In this document: in pieces, positions 62,513-64,000 of the stretch
Numbering within the stretch: the first letter of the stretch is position 1
Layout: every line of letters starts with the position of its first letter
NCBI GenBank assembly: GCA_964016885.1
Contig: OZ024741.1
Coordinates: forward strand, 221,464,001 to 221,528,000
Source of the DNA: Eledone cirrhosa
Lineage: Eukaryota
Direction of reading: 5' to 3'
DNA length: 64,000 bases
The notes under the pieces: model-generated
Database searches by the model: none
What the model was told of the DNA's origin: nothing
The model's input: the letters and a program-made list of their open reading frames with translations, nothing else
Made by a program: the position numbers and the translations under genes

Positions 62513-64000
62513 AATAATAATAATGAAATATTGTGTAAAGTGTTCAGGTGCACTACAACTCATCAAAAAGTGTATGTATAGTACATAGGGTAATGTACAA
62601 ACGTCAGGAAAATGAACAGTGCATGAGTCATGATACACACATGTGTGCATGTGTATGGAAGGGGTACATCAGATGTAGTTTTGGCGTATTTCGGGAAGCA
62701 TGAGTGTCTTAAAGGATGCAGTGTCTCAGCAGCTAACAACTGACGCAGGCAGTTTGTTCCATGCTTCAGCAACTCTGAGTGTGAAAAAATGTTTACGAAA
62801 GTCATGGGAGCTGTGCTGTTTTCTGATTTTGTAGGCATGTCCACGTGTGTTAGACACATGAAGATCAAAAAGGTGCTCAGAGTTGTTGTTGGCGAGATGG
62901 TTAATAACTTTGTGGGTATTCACCAAGTCCATTGCCAGACGTCGGAGCTTCAATGAATCCATGCCCAGGGAAGCAAGGCGTTCAGAGTATGGTAGGTGTC
63001 TGATGGAGGGTATGCGCTTGGTTGTACATCTCTGAACAGTTTCCAGGAGGTCAATGTTCTGAGCAAGATAGGGGTTCCAGATAGATGATGTGAATTCCAA
63101 GTGTGGTCGTACCATAGCTGTATACAGTTTTAAATAGATGGCTGGAGAGCGGCTAACAAAGGTCTTGCTGAGTGATACCAAGACACCCTCGGCCTTCTTG
63201 ACAATCTTAGAGAGATGCTTTGTCCAACGCAAATCGCTGCTGACAGTAATGCCCAGGTCACATTCACAAGAGGACTTCTTGATATCGGTGTTGTGGAGGG
63301 AGTATGTGGACGCTGGATTTTTCCTCCCAAAATGCATGGTGGTACACTTGTCCACAGCCAGCTTCAGTTGCCAGTCTGTGATCCATTGCTGCATTGTGTC
63401 CAGGTCTGATTGTAGGAAAGAGTTGTAGATTTCGGGATCAGTCCTTTTGATTTCAAGGTACAGCTTGATGTCATCTGCATATTTCAGTACCGTGGTATTC
63501 TGTAAGTTGGCATCTATGTCATTAATATATGCCACAAACAAAAGGGGACCAAGAACAGATCCCTGTGGTACACTAGATGACATCTCATATGGTGAAGAAT
63601 GCTGTCCTAGAACCGTGACTACCTCTTTTCGGCTGAGAATGAAGGATTTCAACCAGTCGAAAAGATCATCCTTCACACCCATTGCAGAGAGTTTTGCCAT
63701 AAGTCTTTTGTGTGGCACAGAATTAAAAGCCTTAACAAAGTCAAGGTAAACAACATCCACCCATGAGCCGCTGTCAGTGATCCGAGTGATCTCTTCAAGG
63801 AACTCGATAAGCTGATCACAGCAGCTGGAGTTAGGGATAAATCCAAACTGTGAGGGCTGGATGAGGCTGTGAGAGCTCCAGAAGTTCCAAAGTGTTTCTC
63901 TGACACAGGATTCCATCAGTTTGGCCATACAGCTAGTACGACTGACTGGACGATAGTTGACAAGTGACATGCGGTTGCCCTTTTTGAACAGGGGAATGAC
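62513..64000 (-). mobile_element. Non-LTR retrotransposon (LINE, CR1/L2/jockey group): 3' portion with 3' UTR and (ATT)n tail; continues past the window end
   Basis: RT ORF followed by a ~150-bp 3' UTR ending in ATTATTATT on the minus strand, next to a TA microsatellite. Confidence 0.9.
62726..64000 (-). CDS. LINE ORF2 reverse transcriptase domain and C-terminus (5'-partial; probable premature stop 19 codons early)
   Basis: Motifs VIPLFKKG, NYRPVS, QFGF, YLDFVKAFNSVPH, VPQGSVLGPLLF, YADD, DLGITV, RPHLEF..IWNP and FFTLRVAEAWNKLP. The frame is open to base 64000. After the TGA at 62726-62728 the frame continues DTASFKTLMLPEIRQNYI* to 62669. Confidence 0.93.
   Translation of the reverse strand, partial: VIPLFKKGNRMSLVNYRPVSRTSCMAKLMESCVRETLWNFWSSHSLIQPSQFGFIPNSSCCDQLIEFLEEITRITDSGSWVDVVYLDFVKAFNSVPHKRLMAKLSAMGVKDDLFDWLKSFILSRKEVVTVLGQHSSPYEMSSSVPQGSVLGPLLFVAYINDIDANLQNTTVLKYADDIKLYLEIKRTDPEIYNSFLQSDLDTMQQWITDWQLKLAVDKCTTMHFGRKNPASTYSLHNTDIKKSSCECDLGITVSSDLRWTKHLSKIVKKAEGVLVSLSKTFVSRSPAIYLKLYTAMVRPHLEFTSSIWNPYLAQNIDLLETVQRCTTKRIPSIRHLPYSERLASLGMDSLKLRRLAMDLVNTHKVINHLANNNSEHLFDLHVSNTRGHAYKIRKQHSSHDFRKHFFTLRVAEAWNKLPASVVSC

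Noticed and set aside
63130-63906. Overlapping short ORFs within the LINE
   Set aside because: They are alternative-frame or antisense shadows of the RT ORF.

Overview
Eukaryotic (animal) genomic DNA, not prokaryotic. The SINE fragments and dense (TA)n/(TG)n microsatellites resemble an octopus/coleoid cephalopod genome, which is an inference from recalled repeat sequences. Bases 1 to ~56,302 are one uninterrupted, single-orientation 22-bp satellite array (consensus ACAATATATTACAGTGACAGAT, roughly 2,500 monomers) that begins before the window and has kb-scale higher-order duplications. The last ~7.7 kb is repeat-rich, intron-like DNA. It holds one internal coding exon of a Syd-1/SYDE-like RhoGAP gene (59502-59700, +), a piggyBac-type MITE, a probable hAT MITE, SINE fragments, a decayed Penelope-like element with hammerhead-like remnants, a 55-bp-arm fold-back palindrome, a second 22-bp minisatellite and the 3' part of a CR1/L2-type LINE RT (-). 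The main observation is that no upstream RhoGAP exon is visible, so the >=56-kb satellite probably lies inside an intron of this gene. Apart from the ORFs covering the RhoGAP exon and the LINE RT, the ORF-track entries look like repeat artefacts.
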